Shown here piece after piece: positions 7,979-17,643 of a stretch of 64,000 bases of DNA; position 1 is the first letter of the stretch; each line of letters starts with the position of its first letter. Source of the stretch: an uncultured Pelagibacteraceae bacterium (lineage in GTDB: Bacteria; Pseudomonadota; Alphaproteobacteria; Pelagibacterales; Pelagibacteraceae). Under the pieces are notes generated by a model. The model saw only the letters and a program-made list of their open reading frames with translations. It searched no databases and was not told the origin of the DNA. The stretch lies in the NCBI GenBank assembly GCA_902590465.1, contig CACIWX010000002.1:20489-84488 (forward strand), given 5' to 3'. The position numbers and the translations under genes were made by a program.

Positions 7979-8941
7979 TTAAAGTTTATTACAATTGTAC
8001 CCTAAATTTATTAGGTTTAATTTATTACATTGATCTGCAAATCTTATTTCATCTATGTACAAAATTTGAACTGTTGACGCTTCCTCATACTTCCATTTAG
8101 TTTTCACTTTTTTTCCTTTAGCCTTTATTTGATTTGCTCTGTCTTGATAAATACCAAAATTTGTTGACGAGAGTGATGAGTTTCCTGGCATTTTATTTTG
8201 CATATCTACAATTTTTTTGCCGTTAACCCATATGAATAAACTTTTCTTATTTGGTGTATGTACTATTACATCTATCCACTTTCCTAAGTGATTAGAAAAA
8301 TGTTTTAAATCAAAAAAAGGAGGATCGTGATATTTTTCGCTTATTTTTCTACAAATATTTTTTCCCAGAAGTTTTTTGCTAATTTTCACGCACTCATTGT
8401 CGTGAAGAAAACTTCTTAACTGTACATTTACAATTCCTTCAGGTGAAATACCCATTCTATAATGTGCACCTTTGCCTTTTCTATGTATTTGATTGAATAT
8501 AAGTGGCGTATTTGAATGAATATAATTTTTAGGGATTAATACGGAAAATGAAAGCCATTTACTTCCCCAATCCCGATACTTTGTTCCTATAAAAACTCGT
8601 CGTGCTCCCTCATAGCAATTGTTCCAGTTATTTATGCTATCATTTGATTTCTTGTATATCCCACAATCACCTGGATGACTTTCAAATTTAATAGAGATAT
8701 TATCATCTCTTGAAATTTCATCTGTGATTATCAAACAGTGATCAGGTCCTTTACCATTTTGCCAGCATGAATCCCAATGGTTCATTCTTAATTTTTTACC
8801 TTCAAGAACATTATCAGGTAAATTAATTAAACGACTATTACCACTACCTTTGCTTCCAGCTAATTCTTTCCACACTATTGGATCAGCATATGAATTATTT
8901 AAAAAGAGAAAAAATAATAAAAATATAGACAAACTTTTCAT
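7979..8941 (-). CDS. Secreted polysaccharide-lyase-like (ConA/jelly-roll) protein
   Basis: Signal peptide; SIKFE..PGDC, WLSFSVLIP, IFNQIH, GKWIDV, IWVNGK, NFGIY, LYIDEIR. Confidence 0.65.
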   Translation of the reverse strand: MKSLSIFLLFFLFLNNSYADPIVWKELAGSKGSGNSRLINLPDNVLEGKKLRMNHWDSCWQNGKGPDHCLIITDEISRDDNISIKFESHPGDCGIYKKSNDSINNWNNCYEGARRVFIGTKYRDWGSKWLSFSVLIPKNYIHSNTPLIFNQIHRKGKGAHYRMGISPEGIVNVQLRSFLHDNECVKISKKLLGKNICRKISEKYHDPPFFDLKHFSNHLGKWIDVIVHTPNKKSLFIWVNGKKIVDMQNKMPGNSSLSSTNFGIYQDRANQIKAKGKKVKTKWKYEEASTVQILYIDEIRFADQCNKLNLINLGYNCNKL

Positions 8942-8990
8942 CGTTAAAATTTAAATTATCAGTATTAAATATTTATGAAAAGTAAAAATT

Positions 8991-9037
8991 ATCTTCTAGT
9001 TTGCACCTAGTCTTCCCATATTTTATAGGACAATAAG
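8991..9037. repeat. Third copy of CTAGT-pair arm motif
   Basis: atcttctagtttgcacctagtcttcccatattttatagga nearly identical to 563-602. Confidence 0.9.
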
Positions 9038-10228
9038 TTAGTTTTGTTTCCAAACAAGATTTACTAATTCTTGAGGTTTCCAACTAATAGCAAAACCATT
9101 CGTCTGAATTATTTTGTCATTTTTCCAATCAATTAAAGATAGTCTTAAACCGTGTCCTCTCATTTGAACTAAATTTTCTACATTATACCCATTTAACCAA
9201 AAGAACATTGCATATTTAGGAGCAAATTTTTTCTTAGTGGGAACGGCATTCTTAAAAGCCTCTTGTAACTTTTTTGCCTCACAAGAGTTTTTATCCTTCA
9301 TTAATTCAATAACGTATATTCCAAACCTTAGCCAATCTTCTCTAGTAAGCATGATAGATGACGATGATATTGGAACTCCCTTTTTGTCTAATAATATTTT
9401 ACCCTTTGACTCAAAACCTGCAGTTTCTGAAATATTTTTTTGAAACCATTTAGCAAACTTCTTTTTTCCTCCTAATACATTGATCATATCTAATGTTATT
9501 AAATCAGTATTAGGATTTGAGTATTTAAATTCTTTTGGTCCTTCTGTTTCTAATTTTTTAGGGTGCTTATTAAGAATAGTTGTTAAGTCAGATTTCTTTC
9601 TGTGCGTTTCCTTTAAAATATTATAATTTATTACAAATTGATCTCTAGCCAACATATTTAAGGAGTCTTTTAATTTTACATGGCCATAAAATGAGTCTTT
9701 AATTTCTGGAGAGTAATCACCATGAGTTTTATCTAAATCTAAAATATTTTGACAAGCCATTTTTAAAGCAGCAACACCAACTATTGATTTGCTCCTAGAC
9801 TCACCATTTATAGGTTTGTTATTAAAAATATAATCTCTTTTCCAATCGTGAATTAATTCTCCTTTATCAAATACCATCAAACTAGAGATATCTCTGTAAT
9901 ATACATAATCATAAATTTCTTTTGGAAGAGGTTTTATATTTTTTTTAATTGGTCTGATTGTTTTTTTTGCTGGTTGTATTACAATTCTTTTTAACCCTCC
10001 ATTATTTTTGTGATCTCTATTTTTCAAACTTGCTTTACGGTAATAGCCATGAGCCCAATAATCGTGTCTTTCTGTGCAAAACTTGCAATCATTAGGAGGG
10101 TATTCTGCTTTTGGAAAATCCTTCTTCCATCTTTCTAACGAAGGAGACCATTTATTTTTTGGTGGTGTTGCAATTAAGGTGGTGCTCCACAACAAACCTA
10201 GAACCACGATCGCTAAAAGTTTTTTCAT
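9038..10228 (-). CDS. Secreted serine hydrolase, beta-lactamase/AmpC-like fold
   Basis: Signal peptide; SRSK (SxxK), FKYSN (YxN), LTREDWLRFG, RGHG. Confidence 0.75.
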   Translation of the reverse strand: MKKLLAIVVLGLLWSTTLIATPPKNKWSPSLERWKKDFPKAEYPPNDCKFCTERHDYWAHGYYRKASLKNRDHKNNGGLKRIVIQPAKKTIRPIKKNIKPLPKEIYDYVYYRDISSLMVFDKGELIHDWKRDYIFNNKPINGESRSKSIVGVAALKMACQNILDLDKTHGDYSPEIKDSFYGHVKLKDSLNMLARDQFVINYNILKETHRKKSDLTTILNKHPKKLETEGPKEFKYSNPNTDLITLDMINVLGGKKKFAKWFQKNISETAGFESKGKILLDKKGVPISSSSIMLTREDWLRFGIYVIELMKDKNSCEAKKLQEAFKNAVPTKKKFAPKYAMFFWLNGYNVENLVQMRGHGLRLSLIDWKNDKIIQTNGFAISWKPQELVNLVWKQN

Positions 10229-10543
10229 TTAATTTTTAATATATGTATCTGGATAGTTAGCAAGATGCTCATCTGAAATTGGAGTCATTACAGCAGTTTC
10301 TAAAACAGCTCCAGCTTCCTTTCTTTTCTCAGCAAGTTCCTTATCATCCTTAAAAGCTTGGAGTGCTTCCATGTTTGGAAATTGCATTACTGTATGAAGT
10401 TTTGTCGGGTCATCTTTTTGTGTGCCTGCAAAAACAAATTTTATTCCATGTTCTTTTAATTTTCCATCCTGCGCATAGACCATCTCTTTCCATGTTTTAA
10501 ATCCTTTAGTAATTGTAATTTCACCTTTGACTAGTATTCCCAT
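10229..10543 (-). CDS. Small alpha/beta-barrel protein, DUF3764-like
   Basis: F.TW....D..LKEHGIK..F.G...DDP..L....QFP..EA...F....LAEKRKEAGA pattern; AAGGAG SD. Confidence 0.5.
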   Translation of the reverse strand: MGILVKGEITITKGFKTWKEMVYAQDGKLKEHGIKFVFAGTQKDDPTKLHTVMQFPNMEALQAFKDDKELAEKRKEAGAVLETAVMTPISDEHLANYPDTYIKN

Positions 10544-10607
10544 ATCAAACTCCTTATTTATATTTTAAAAGTTTTCAATAAATAATCTTACCAAATTTTC
10601 CCTTTCT

Positions 10608-10660
10608 GTCTTCTAGTTATCTTCTAGTCTACACAAATTATTTAGCCTTGATTTCTAATG
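10608..10660. repeat. CTAGT-pair arm motif, distal type
   Basis: CTAGT at 10613 and 10624, followed by cacaaa..gccttgattt as at 5248-5278. Confidence 0.75.
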
Positions 10661-11356
10661 TTAATTGAGGATTTTTTTAAATTTATTTTTTAATTCATCT
10701 TTAATTTTATCTTTAATCACATCTTGGTCAAATGTTTCAGTGCTTAATTTTCCTTTTAGTTCGTTGAGAGCTTTATCAATAGTTTTTTTTGCAATTGATT
10801 TGTAATTTTTGCTCTTTTTTGTATTGCCAAGATTTTCAAATTTCATATCACTTAACTTCACTGTTTGGTTGAGATTAAGTTTAGTGGAAGAGGCCGAAAT
10901 ATTAATGTCTTTAATATCTAATTGGTTTACTAGAAACTTTTTATCATTTGTTTTTCTGCTTGGACTGTTTTTGGTTTCAAGGGTCTTTTTTAACGAATTT
11001 AAATTACTTTTAGTTATATTGGTTATATCAAAGTAATAGTTTAAACTAATCCCATCGAATATAATATTATCAATTACTAAAACATCATCGTTTAATGATA
11101 AAGGATCTACCTTGACAAAAGCTTGGTCGACTACCAAAAGTTTACCTGGAAAATCTTTATTATTAATCTCAATCTTTTTTAAATTAATTTCTCCACTTAA
11201 ATAACTTATATCAAAATCGGCAATTTTGACTGACCTATTGATATTTTTAGATAAAATACCCTCTAGGTTTTTTTTAATTATTATATCACTAAAAAAAACA
11301 ATAAAGATTATGGATATAAAAGTTAAAGAAACTATAATAATTAAAAATTTTTTCAT
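10661..11356 (-). CDS. AsmA-like membrane-anchored protein
   Basis: Likely start MKKFLIII at 11356; N-terminal TM followed by beta-rich AsmA-type pattern. Confidence 0.55.
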   Translation of the reverse strand: MKKFLIIIVSLTFISIIFIVFFSDIIIKKNLEGILSKNINRSVKIADFDISYLSGEINLKKIEINNKDFPGKLLVVDQAFVKVDPLSLNDDVLVIDNIIFDGISLNYYFDITNITKSNLNSLKKTLETKNSPSRKTNDKKFLVNQLDIKDINISASSTKLNLNQTVKLSDMKFENLGNTKKSKNYKSIAKKTIDKALNELKGKLSTETFDQDVIKDKIKDELKNKFKKILN

Positions 11357-11454
11357 CAATTCTTTTATAATTATATCTCTTGGTTTAGCTATAAGTCTAC
11401 ACAAAATAATTTAAATCTGTTAAAAGATTTTTAAAAAATTACATAAAATACTTC

Positions 11455-12408
11455 ATGAAAAAAATATTGATTTATAATTCTGGCGGAGGTTTAGGAGACT
11501 CAATACAGATAATTCCATTACTATTAAGTCTTAAAAATCATTATAGAAGGTCAAAATTTTTTTATTTGGGAGCTCATACTAATCACTTTGATGGAAAACT
11601 AAAAGAATATAATATCAAAATTGAAACGCTTGATTTAAACTTAAAATACTTTGGATTTAGATGGTGGCATTTATTCTATGTTAAAAGAAATTTTGAAAAA
11701 AAAAATGAAGCTAAATTTGATTTAATTATTGATTTACAAACAAAATTTAGAAATTCCCTAATTCTTAAGAGAATTCCTCATAACTATTTTTATTCAACTA
11801 CTTTTAATAACATTTTTTCATCAAAAAAAATAAAATTTGAAACAAAGAGTCATTTAGAAAATTTAAGCATTTTTTTGGATGAAAAAATTAAATCAATAAA
11901 TTTTAACTGTAATAAATTACCCAAAAATTTATTAAGTGAAGCAAAAAGATTGTTACCAAAAAACAATTATATTGGATTTTCTATTACGCAAGGAAATGAA
12001 TATAGAAAAAAAAGTTGGTCAATCTATAAATTTATTTCATTAGCAAACAAATCTTTGATTAAAAATAAAATTCCAGTTTTTTTTATTGAAAAAAATCAAG
12101 AACATATAATTGAGAAAATTAAAAATCAGGTACCTTCAGCTTTATTTCCTGAGACTGGCTCAGACCTTTCTTGTCCTGCTTTAGTAACTGCTTTATCCTC
12201 AAGATTAGATCATGCAGTTTCTATAGATAACGGCGTAATGCATATGATGGGTTTAGCTAATATACCAATGATAGTTTTATTCGGACCTACGAATTCTAAA
12301 AAATTTGCTCCTAAAAATAATTATGTAAAAGTACTTGATAGTAAAAAAATCCACAACACATCAGATATAGAGTCTATATCTGTAGAAGAAGTTTATAACT
12401 TAATTTAA
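11455..12408 (+). CDS. Glycosyltransferase family 9 (heptosyltransferase-like)
   Basis: GGLGD, FDLIIDLQ, KKSW, IDNGVMHM, LFGPT. Confidence 0.88.
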   Translation: MKKILIYNSGGGLGDSIQIIPLLLSLKNHYRRSKFFYLGAHTNHFDGKLKEYNIKIETLDLNLKYFGFRWWHLFYVKRNFEKKNEAKFDLIIDLQTKFRNSLILKRIPHNYFYSTTFNNIFSSKKIKFETKSHLENLSIFLDEKIKSINFNCNKLPKNLLSEAKRLLPKNNYIGFSITQGNEYRKKSWSIYKFISLANKSLIKNKIPVFFIEKNQEHIIEKIKNQVPSALFPETGSDLSCPALVTALSSRLDHAVSIDNGVMHMMGLANIPMIVLFGPTNSKKFAPKNNYVKVLDSKKIHNTSDIESISVEEVYNLI

Positions 12409-13163
12409 ATTTTTAAAATTTCAATTTTTTTTGATTTAGCCATTCTTATTAATTCTTTATTTACATTTCTTATTTTACTTATTGATATTGATCTAATAAC
12501 TATAGCTACACCAATTTTACCGAGCCTGAAAAAAGGATAACTACCTATATCAACATTTCTTTTAAATTTTTTTTGAATCATTCCTAATTTTTTTGAGATG
12601 TTGCTTTCCACTGTGTATAGATTTATTGTTTTGCTATGAACTCTTAATCCTTTGACTAAATATTTTTTACAATTATCAATCATTGAGTTTAAAATTGACG
12701 GTACGCCTGGTAATGAAAAAACGTTCTTTGTTATAAATCCTGGCGCTGCACTCGAAGGATTGTAAATTAATTTTGACCCTTTTGGCATTTTAGCCATTTT
12801 TTTTCTTCCATCGTTAAATTTTTTCTTTCCATAATAATTCTCTAATATCTCATATGCCTCTTTATGATATTCATACTTTAGCTTAAATGCTTTTGAAATT
12901 GATTGGGCTGTAATATCGTCATGTGTTGGGCCTATACCGCCAGTGGTAAAAACATAATTAAATTTTTTCGATAAAATTTTTATATTTTCTATAATATTTT
13001 TTTCCACGTCAGGTATTATTCTAACTTCATTAACAGTGATGCCACATTTTGTGTTTAGCCAATTTGAAATAAATGCGATATTCTTATCCTGTGTTCGACC
13101 GGAAAGTATTTCGTTTCCAATAATTAAAATTGCAGCATTTACTTTCTTTATTTTTTTCTTCAT
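12405..13163 (-). CDS. Competence/damage-inducible CinA-like molybdopterin-binding protein
   Basis: IIGNEILSGRTQDKN, TTGGIGPTHDDIT, LPGVP; start adjusted to 13163. Confidence 0.88.
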   Translation of the reverse strand: MKKKIKKVNAAILIIGNEILSGRTQDKNIAFISNWLNTKCGITVNEVRIIPDVEKNIIENIKILSKKFNYVFTTGGIGPTHDDITAQSISKAFKLKYEYHKEAYEILENYYGKKKFNDGRKKMAKMPKGSKLIYNPSSAAPGFITKNVFSLPGVPSILNSMIDNCKKYLVKGLRVHSKTINLYTVESNISKKLGMIQKKFKRNVDIGSYPFFRLGKIGVAIVIRSISISKIRNVNKELIRMAKSKKIEILKI

Positions 13164-13179
13164 AGAAGTAATAATATAA

Positions 13180-13878
13180 ATGAATTTTAAAAATAAATTA
13201 ATATCAGGACACTTAATAAAAAGATACAAGCGATTTTTTGTTGATATAAAATTAAATAATCATATTATTACCGCTCATTGTCCTAACACTGGTTCAATGT
13301 ACGGTCTCTTAACAGAAGGAAATAAAGTCTGGATAAGTAAATCTGACAACCCTAATCGAAAATTAAAATACACCTTGGAGATAATTGAAGTTAATAAGAC
13401 AAAAGTGGGTGTTAATACACATTCAGCAAACAAAATTGTTCTTCATGCCCTACAAAATGATTTGATTAAAGAGTTAGACGATATCGAGAATGTAGAACCA
13501 GAAAAAAGATTTGGAATTAACACAAGATTCGATTTTTTGATTACTAGTAAAAAGAAAAAAGCATTTATTGAAGTTAAAAACGTAACTCTTTCTCGAACAA
13601 GAGGACTCGCGGAATTTCCAGATGCTGTAACTGATAGAGGATTAAAACATATAAACGAATTAACTAAAGCAAGTAAAAAAAACTATAATATTTTCATATT
13701 GTATTTAATTCAACGAGATGATTGTAAATCTTTTAAAATAGCTAAAGATATTGATCCAAAATATAGCCAAGCCATAAGTAAAGCTGTAAGGAACAAACTA
13801 AAAATTCTCTGCTATGATTGTAAATTTTCATCAAAAGGAATAAAACTTAATAAACAAATAAATTATAAATTAAAATGA
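13180..13878 (+). CDS. sfsA: DNA/RNA nuclease SfsA
   Basis: KRYKRF, HCPNTGSM, FIEVKNV, FPDAVTDRGLKH. Confidence 0.95.
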   Translation: MNFKNKLISGHLIKRYKRFFVDIKLNNHIITAHCPNTGSMYGLLTEGNKVWISKSDNPNRKLKYTLEIIEVNKTKVGVNTHSANKIVLHALQNDLIKELDDIENVEPEKRFGINTRFDFLITSKKKKAFIEVKNVTLSRTRGLAEFPDAVTDRGLKHINELTKASKKNYNIFILYLIQRDDCKSFKIAKDIDPKYSQAISKAVRNKLKILCYDCKFSSKGIKLNKQINYKLK

Positions 13879-14630
13879 TTAATGATTATACTGAGTCTTT
13901 TGAAAAAACCAAAATAGCTGGATCGATAGCCGCCGGTGCTTTAGACGAAGTAAATAAAATTATAAAACCTGGAATATCGACAGATCAAATAGATAAAATT
14001 TGTTATGAATATATTAACGATCATAAAGCATATTCTGCCCCCCTTTATTACAGAGGTTTTCCAAAATCCTGCTGCACATCTACTAACCATGTTGTCTGCC
14101 ACGGTATACCATCTGATAAAATTCTTAAAGATGGTGATATTATTAATGTCGATGTTACTGCTTTTAAAGAAGGTTGGCATGGAGATACAAGTCGAATGTT
14201 TAAGATAGGGGAAGTTTCAATTAAAGCAGAAAAATTAATCAGCGCTACTTATGAGTCAATGATGAAAGCTATTGAAATAGTAAAAGATGGCACACACTTG
14301 GGTGATATCGGATCGACAATTCAATCGCACGTAGAGGCACAAGGATTTTCTGTTGTACAAGATTTTTGCGGACATGGGATTGGTCAAACTTTTCACAAAG
14401 AGCCTAATGTTTTGCATTACGGTAAAAAAGGAACTGGTGAAAAAATAACCGCTGGTATGATTTTTACTATAGAACCAATGATTAATATTGGTAATTATGA
14501 AACTAAATTACTAAAAGATGGATGGACTGCTGTTACTAAAGATAAGTCTTTATCAGCACAATTTGAACATACAATAGGTGTAACAAAAGATGGTTATGAA
14601 ATTTTTACTCAATCAACATCAAAAAATTAA
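13875..14630 (+). CDS. map: Type I methionine aminopeptidase
   Basis: CHGIP, GDTSR, GHGIG..FH, FTIEPM, SAQFEHT. Confidence 0.97.
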   Translation: MINDYTESFEKTKIAGSIAAGALDEVNKIIKPGISTDQIDKICYEYINDHKAYSAPLYYRGFPKSCCTSTNHVVCHGIPSDKILKDGDIINVDVTAFKEGWHGDTSRMFKIGEVSIKAEKLISATYESMMKAIEIVKDGTHLGDIGSTIQSHVEAQGFSVVQDFCGHGIGQTFHKEPNVLHYGKKGTGEKITAGMIFTIEPMINIGNYETKLLKDGWTAVTKDKSLSAQFEHTIGVTKDGYEIFTQSTSKN

Positions 14631-14632
14631 TT

Positions 14633-15928
14633 ATGATTGAAAGATATACAAGAAAACAAATTAAAAATATTTGGGAAGATTATAACAGATATTCTATTTG
14701 GCTAGATATTGAACTAGCTGCTGCTGAAGCAATGGAGAAGATAAAGATTATTCCTAAAGGTGTTGTTAAAAAGGTTAAATCAAAAGCAAAGATCAATCCA
14801 AAAAGAATTCTTCAAATAGAAAGTAAAGTGAAACACGACATAATTGCTTTTTTAACTTCCATAACCGAAAGAGTTGGAGAAGAAGCAAAGTATTTACATA
14901 AAGGTATGACTTCATCAGATGTCTTAGATACCTGTTTTAACCTTCAGCTAAGACAAGCGGGTGAAATTTTAATTAAAGATATTAAAGAATTACTTCAATC
15001 TATAAAAAAACAAGCTATGAGGCATAAATATACTTTATGTATTGGCAGAAGTCATGGAATACATGCAGAACCGATAACATTTGGATTAAAGATGTTATCT
15101 TTTTATCAAGAATTTTTAAGAAATAAAAAACGTTTAGAGATTTCAATTAAAGAAATTTCAACTTGTGCTATATCTGGAGCTGTCGGAACTTTTGCCAATA
15201 TTGATCCTAAAGTGGAGAGATACGTGGCTAAAAAATTAAAACTAAATGTCGAGCCTATTTCGACTCAGGTCATCCCTAGAGATAGACATGCTCAATTTTT
15301 TTCAACTTTAGGAATTATTGCAAGTTCTATTGAAAGATTTGCAACTGAAATAAGACATTTGCAAAGAACAGAGGTTTTAGAAGTTGAAGAATTTTTTGGA
15401 AAAAAACAAAAAGGATCCTCTGCAATGCCACATAAAAAAAATCCAATTTTAAGTGAAAACTTAACTGGTTTAGCAAGATTAATTAGATCTAGTGTTATTC
15501 CAGCACTAGAAAATGTTGCCTTATGGCATGAAAGAGACATCTCTCACTCTGCTGTTGAGAGAAATATAGGTCCAGACTCAACGATAGCATTAGATTTTGC
15601 TTTAAATAGATTAAATGATGTTGTGAAGAATTTAAATATTTACCCAAAAAATATGAGAAAAAATTTAGATCTGACTAATGGTATTTTCTTTTCACAGAGA
15701 GTGCTTTTAGAGTTAACTATTGCAGGACTTACTCGAGAACAATCTTATAAATTAGTACAAAGAAATGCTATGAAAGCATGGAAGGAAAATTCCTCTTTTT
15801 ATGATAAAATTGTATCTGATAAAAAAATTACAAATAAAATATCTGTTAATAAACTAAAAAAACTATTTAATTTTAGTTACCATACAAAAAAAATTAATAT
15901 AATTTTTAATAGAAGTTTAAAAAAATAA
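14633..15928 (+). CDS. purB: Adenylosuccinate lyase
   Basis: GSSAMPHKKNP, GRSHGIHAEP. Confidence 0.97.
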   Translation: MIERYTRKQIKNIWEDYNRYSIWLDIELAAAEAMEKIKIIPKGVVKKVKSKAKINPKRILQIESKVKHDIIAFLTSITERVGEEAKYLHKGMTSSDVLDTCFNLQLRQAGEILIKDIKELLQSIKKQAMRHKYTLCIGRSHGIHAEPITFGLKMLSFYQEFLRNKKRLEISIKEISTCAISGAVGTFANIDPKVERYVAKKLKLNVEPISTQVIPRDRHAQFFSTLGIIASSIERFATEIRHLQRTEVLEVEEFFGKKQKGSSAMPHKKNPILSENLTGLARLIRSSVIPALENVALWHERDISHSAVERNIGPDSTIALDFALNRLNDVVKNLNIYPKNMRKNLDLTNGIFFSQRVLLELTIAGLTREQSYKLVQRNAMKAWKENSSFYDKIVSDKKITNKISVNKLKKLFNFSYHTKKINIIFNRSLKK

Positions 15929-15932
15929 TCAA

Positions 15933-16724
15933 ATGAATAAAGGTAAAAAACTATATGAGGGTAAAGCAAAAATACTCTATGAAACTAAGGACAAAGATTT
16001 ATTAATTCAGCATTTTAAAGATGATGCTACTGCATTTAATAATTTAAAAAAATCAAGCGTTGAAGGAAAAGGTGTTTTAAATAATAGAATATCTGAGCAT
16101 ATTCTATCGAATCTTTCTCAATGTGGTATCAAAACACACTTCATCAAAAGATTAAACATGAGAGAACAGCTAATAAAAAAAGCAGAGATATTTCCTATTG
16201 AATTTATCGTAAGAAACATTGCTACAGGTTCTCTAACAAAAAGACTTGGAATACCAGAAGGAACTGTTTTAGATAATCCATTATTAGAGTATTGCTATAA
16301 AAAAGATGAGCTTAGTGATCCATTAATTTCAAAAGAACATATCTTTTCATTCGACTGGGCAACTGAAAAAGAAATTCAGATTATTGATAAAATGACTTTG
16401 AGAATTAACGATATATTAGTTGGTATGTTCAGGGGAATTGGAATTAAACTTGTTGATTTCAAAATCGAATATGGCAAAGCTTGGAATAAAGACAATGAAA
16501 AAAAGGAAATAGTCCTAGCTGATGAGATTAGTCCTGACACGTGTCGTCTATGGGACTCAAAAACTGAAAAAAAATTAGATAAAGATCGATTTAGAAAAAA
16601 TTTAGGCAATATTATTCAAGGGTATCAAGAGGTTGCAAGAAGATTGGGAATCATGCCTGAAGAAACAAATATAAGTGAAGTAAATTTCGGAAAAACTATT
16701 CCAATTAAATTCAAAAAAAAATAA
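15933..16724 (+). CDS. purC: SAICAR synthetase
   Basis: LYEGKAK, FKDDATAFN, LADEISPDTCRLWD. Confidence 0.97.
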   Translation: MNKGKKLYEGKAKILYETKDKDLLIQHFKDDATAFNNLKKSSVEGKGVLNNRISEHILSNLSQCGIKTHFIKRLNMREQLIKKAEIFPIEFIVRNIATGSLTKRLGIPEGTVLDNPLLEYCYKKDELSDPLISKEHIFSFDWATEKEIQIIDKMTLRINDILVGMFRGIGIKLVDFKIEYGKAWNKDNEKKEIVLADEISPDTCRLWDSKTEKKLDKDRFRKNLGNIIQGYQEVARRLGIMPEETNISEVNFGKTIPIKFKKK

Positions 16725-16725
16725 A

Positions 16726-16965
16726 TTGAAATTCTCTGTTACAGTAACTCTTAAAAAAGATGTTCTTGATCCACAGGGAAAAGTTGTTCAAAATACTTTG
16801 ATTAATATGGGTTTGAGTGATCTTAAAAGCATCAGACAAGGCAAGCATTTTGAAATAGAGGTCGATGAAAAAGATGAGACTACTGCTAAAAAAAAAGTTG
16901 ATGTAATGTGCAAAAAACTTTTAGTAAACTTAATAATTGAAGACTATAAAATAAGTAAAATTTAA
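16726..16965 (+). CDS. purS: FGAM synthase subunit PurS
   Basis: VLDPQG, RQGK, LLVN.IIEDY; TTG start. Confidence 0.95.
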   Translation: MKFSVTVTLKKDVLDPQGKVVQNTLINMGLSDLKSIRQGKHFEIEVDEKDETTAKKKVDVMCKKLLVNLIIEDYKISKI

Positions 16966-17642
16966 TGAAATCTACTGTAATTGTTTTTCCTGGCTCTAAT
17001 TGTGATCGAGATGTTGCTGTAGCCTTAGAAAAAATGCAATTTAAAAATCAGATGGTTTGGCATAAAGAGACAAAATTACCAAAATCAGATTTAATTGTTG
17101 TACCAGGAGGTTTTTCATATGGAGATTACTTAAGATCAGGAGCAATAGCTGGTAAATCATTAATCATTGATGAAGTGATTAAAGTAGCTAACTCAGGTTG
17201 TTTAGTTCTAGGAATATGTAATGGATTTCAAATTTTAACTGAAACAGGTCTTTTAAAAGGAACATTGCTTAGAAATAAAAATTTAAAATTTATTAATAAG
17301 GATATACATATAAAAGTATTAAACAATAAATCAAAATTTACCCATAAGTATAAAAAAGAACAAATTTTAAAGATAAATATTGCACATAATGAAGGAAATT
17401 TTTTTACCGACACTCATCATTTAGAAGAATTAGAAAAGGAAAATTTAATAGCTTTTAAATATTGTGATGAAAAAGGTGATATAAATGAACAATCAAATCC
17501 AAATGGGTCGTTAAATAATATTGCTGGTATTTTCAATTCAAATAAAAATATTTTGGGAATGATGCCTCACCCAGAGAGAATGATAGATGATCTTATTTCA
17601 AATAAAGATGGAGTGAACCTATTTTCAAGTTTGCTTAATTGA
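16965..17642 (+). CDS. purQ: FGAM synthase glutaminase subunit
   Basis: [31 protein letters not shown]. Confidence 0.97.
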   Translation: MKSTVIVFPGSNCDRDVAVALEKMQFKNQMVWHKETKLPKSDLIVVPGGFSYGDYLRSGAIAGKSLIIDEVIKVANSGCLVLGICNGFQILTETGLLKGTLLRNKNLKFINKDIHIKVLNNKSKFTHKYKKEQILKINIAHNEGNFFTDTHHLEELEKENLIAFKYCDEKGDINEQSNPNGSLNNIAGIFNSNKNILGMMPHPERMIDDLISNKDGVNLFSSLLN

Positions 17643-17643
17643 G

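Noticed and set aside
441-10660. Recurring repeats as a CRISPR array or classical integron attC sites
   Set aside because: Spacing is kilobases and irregular, there are no cas or intI genes, and no RYYYAAC...GTTRRRY inverted-repeat structure
609-11400. Prophage or autonomous ICE
   Set aside because: No integrase, structural, replication or conjugation genes in the island
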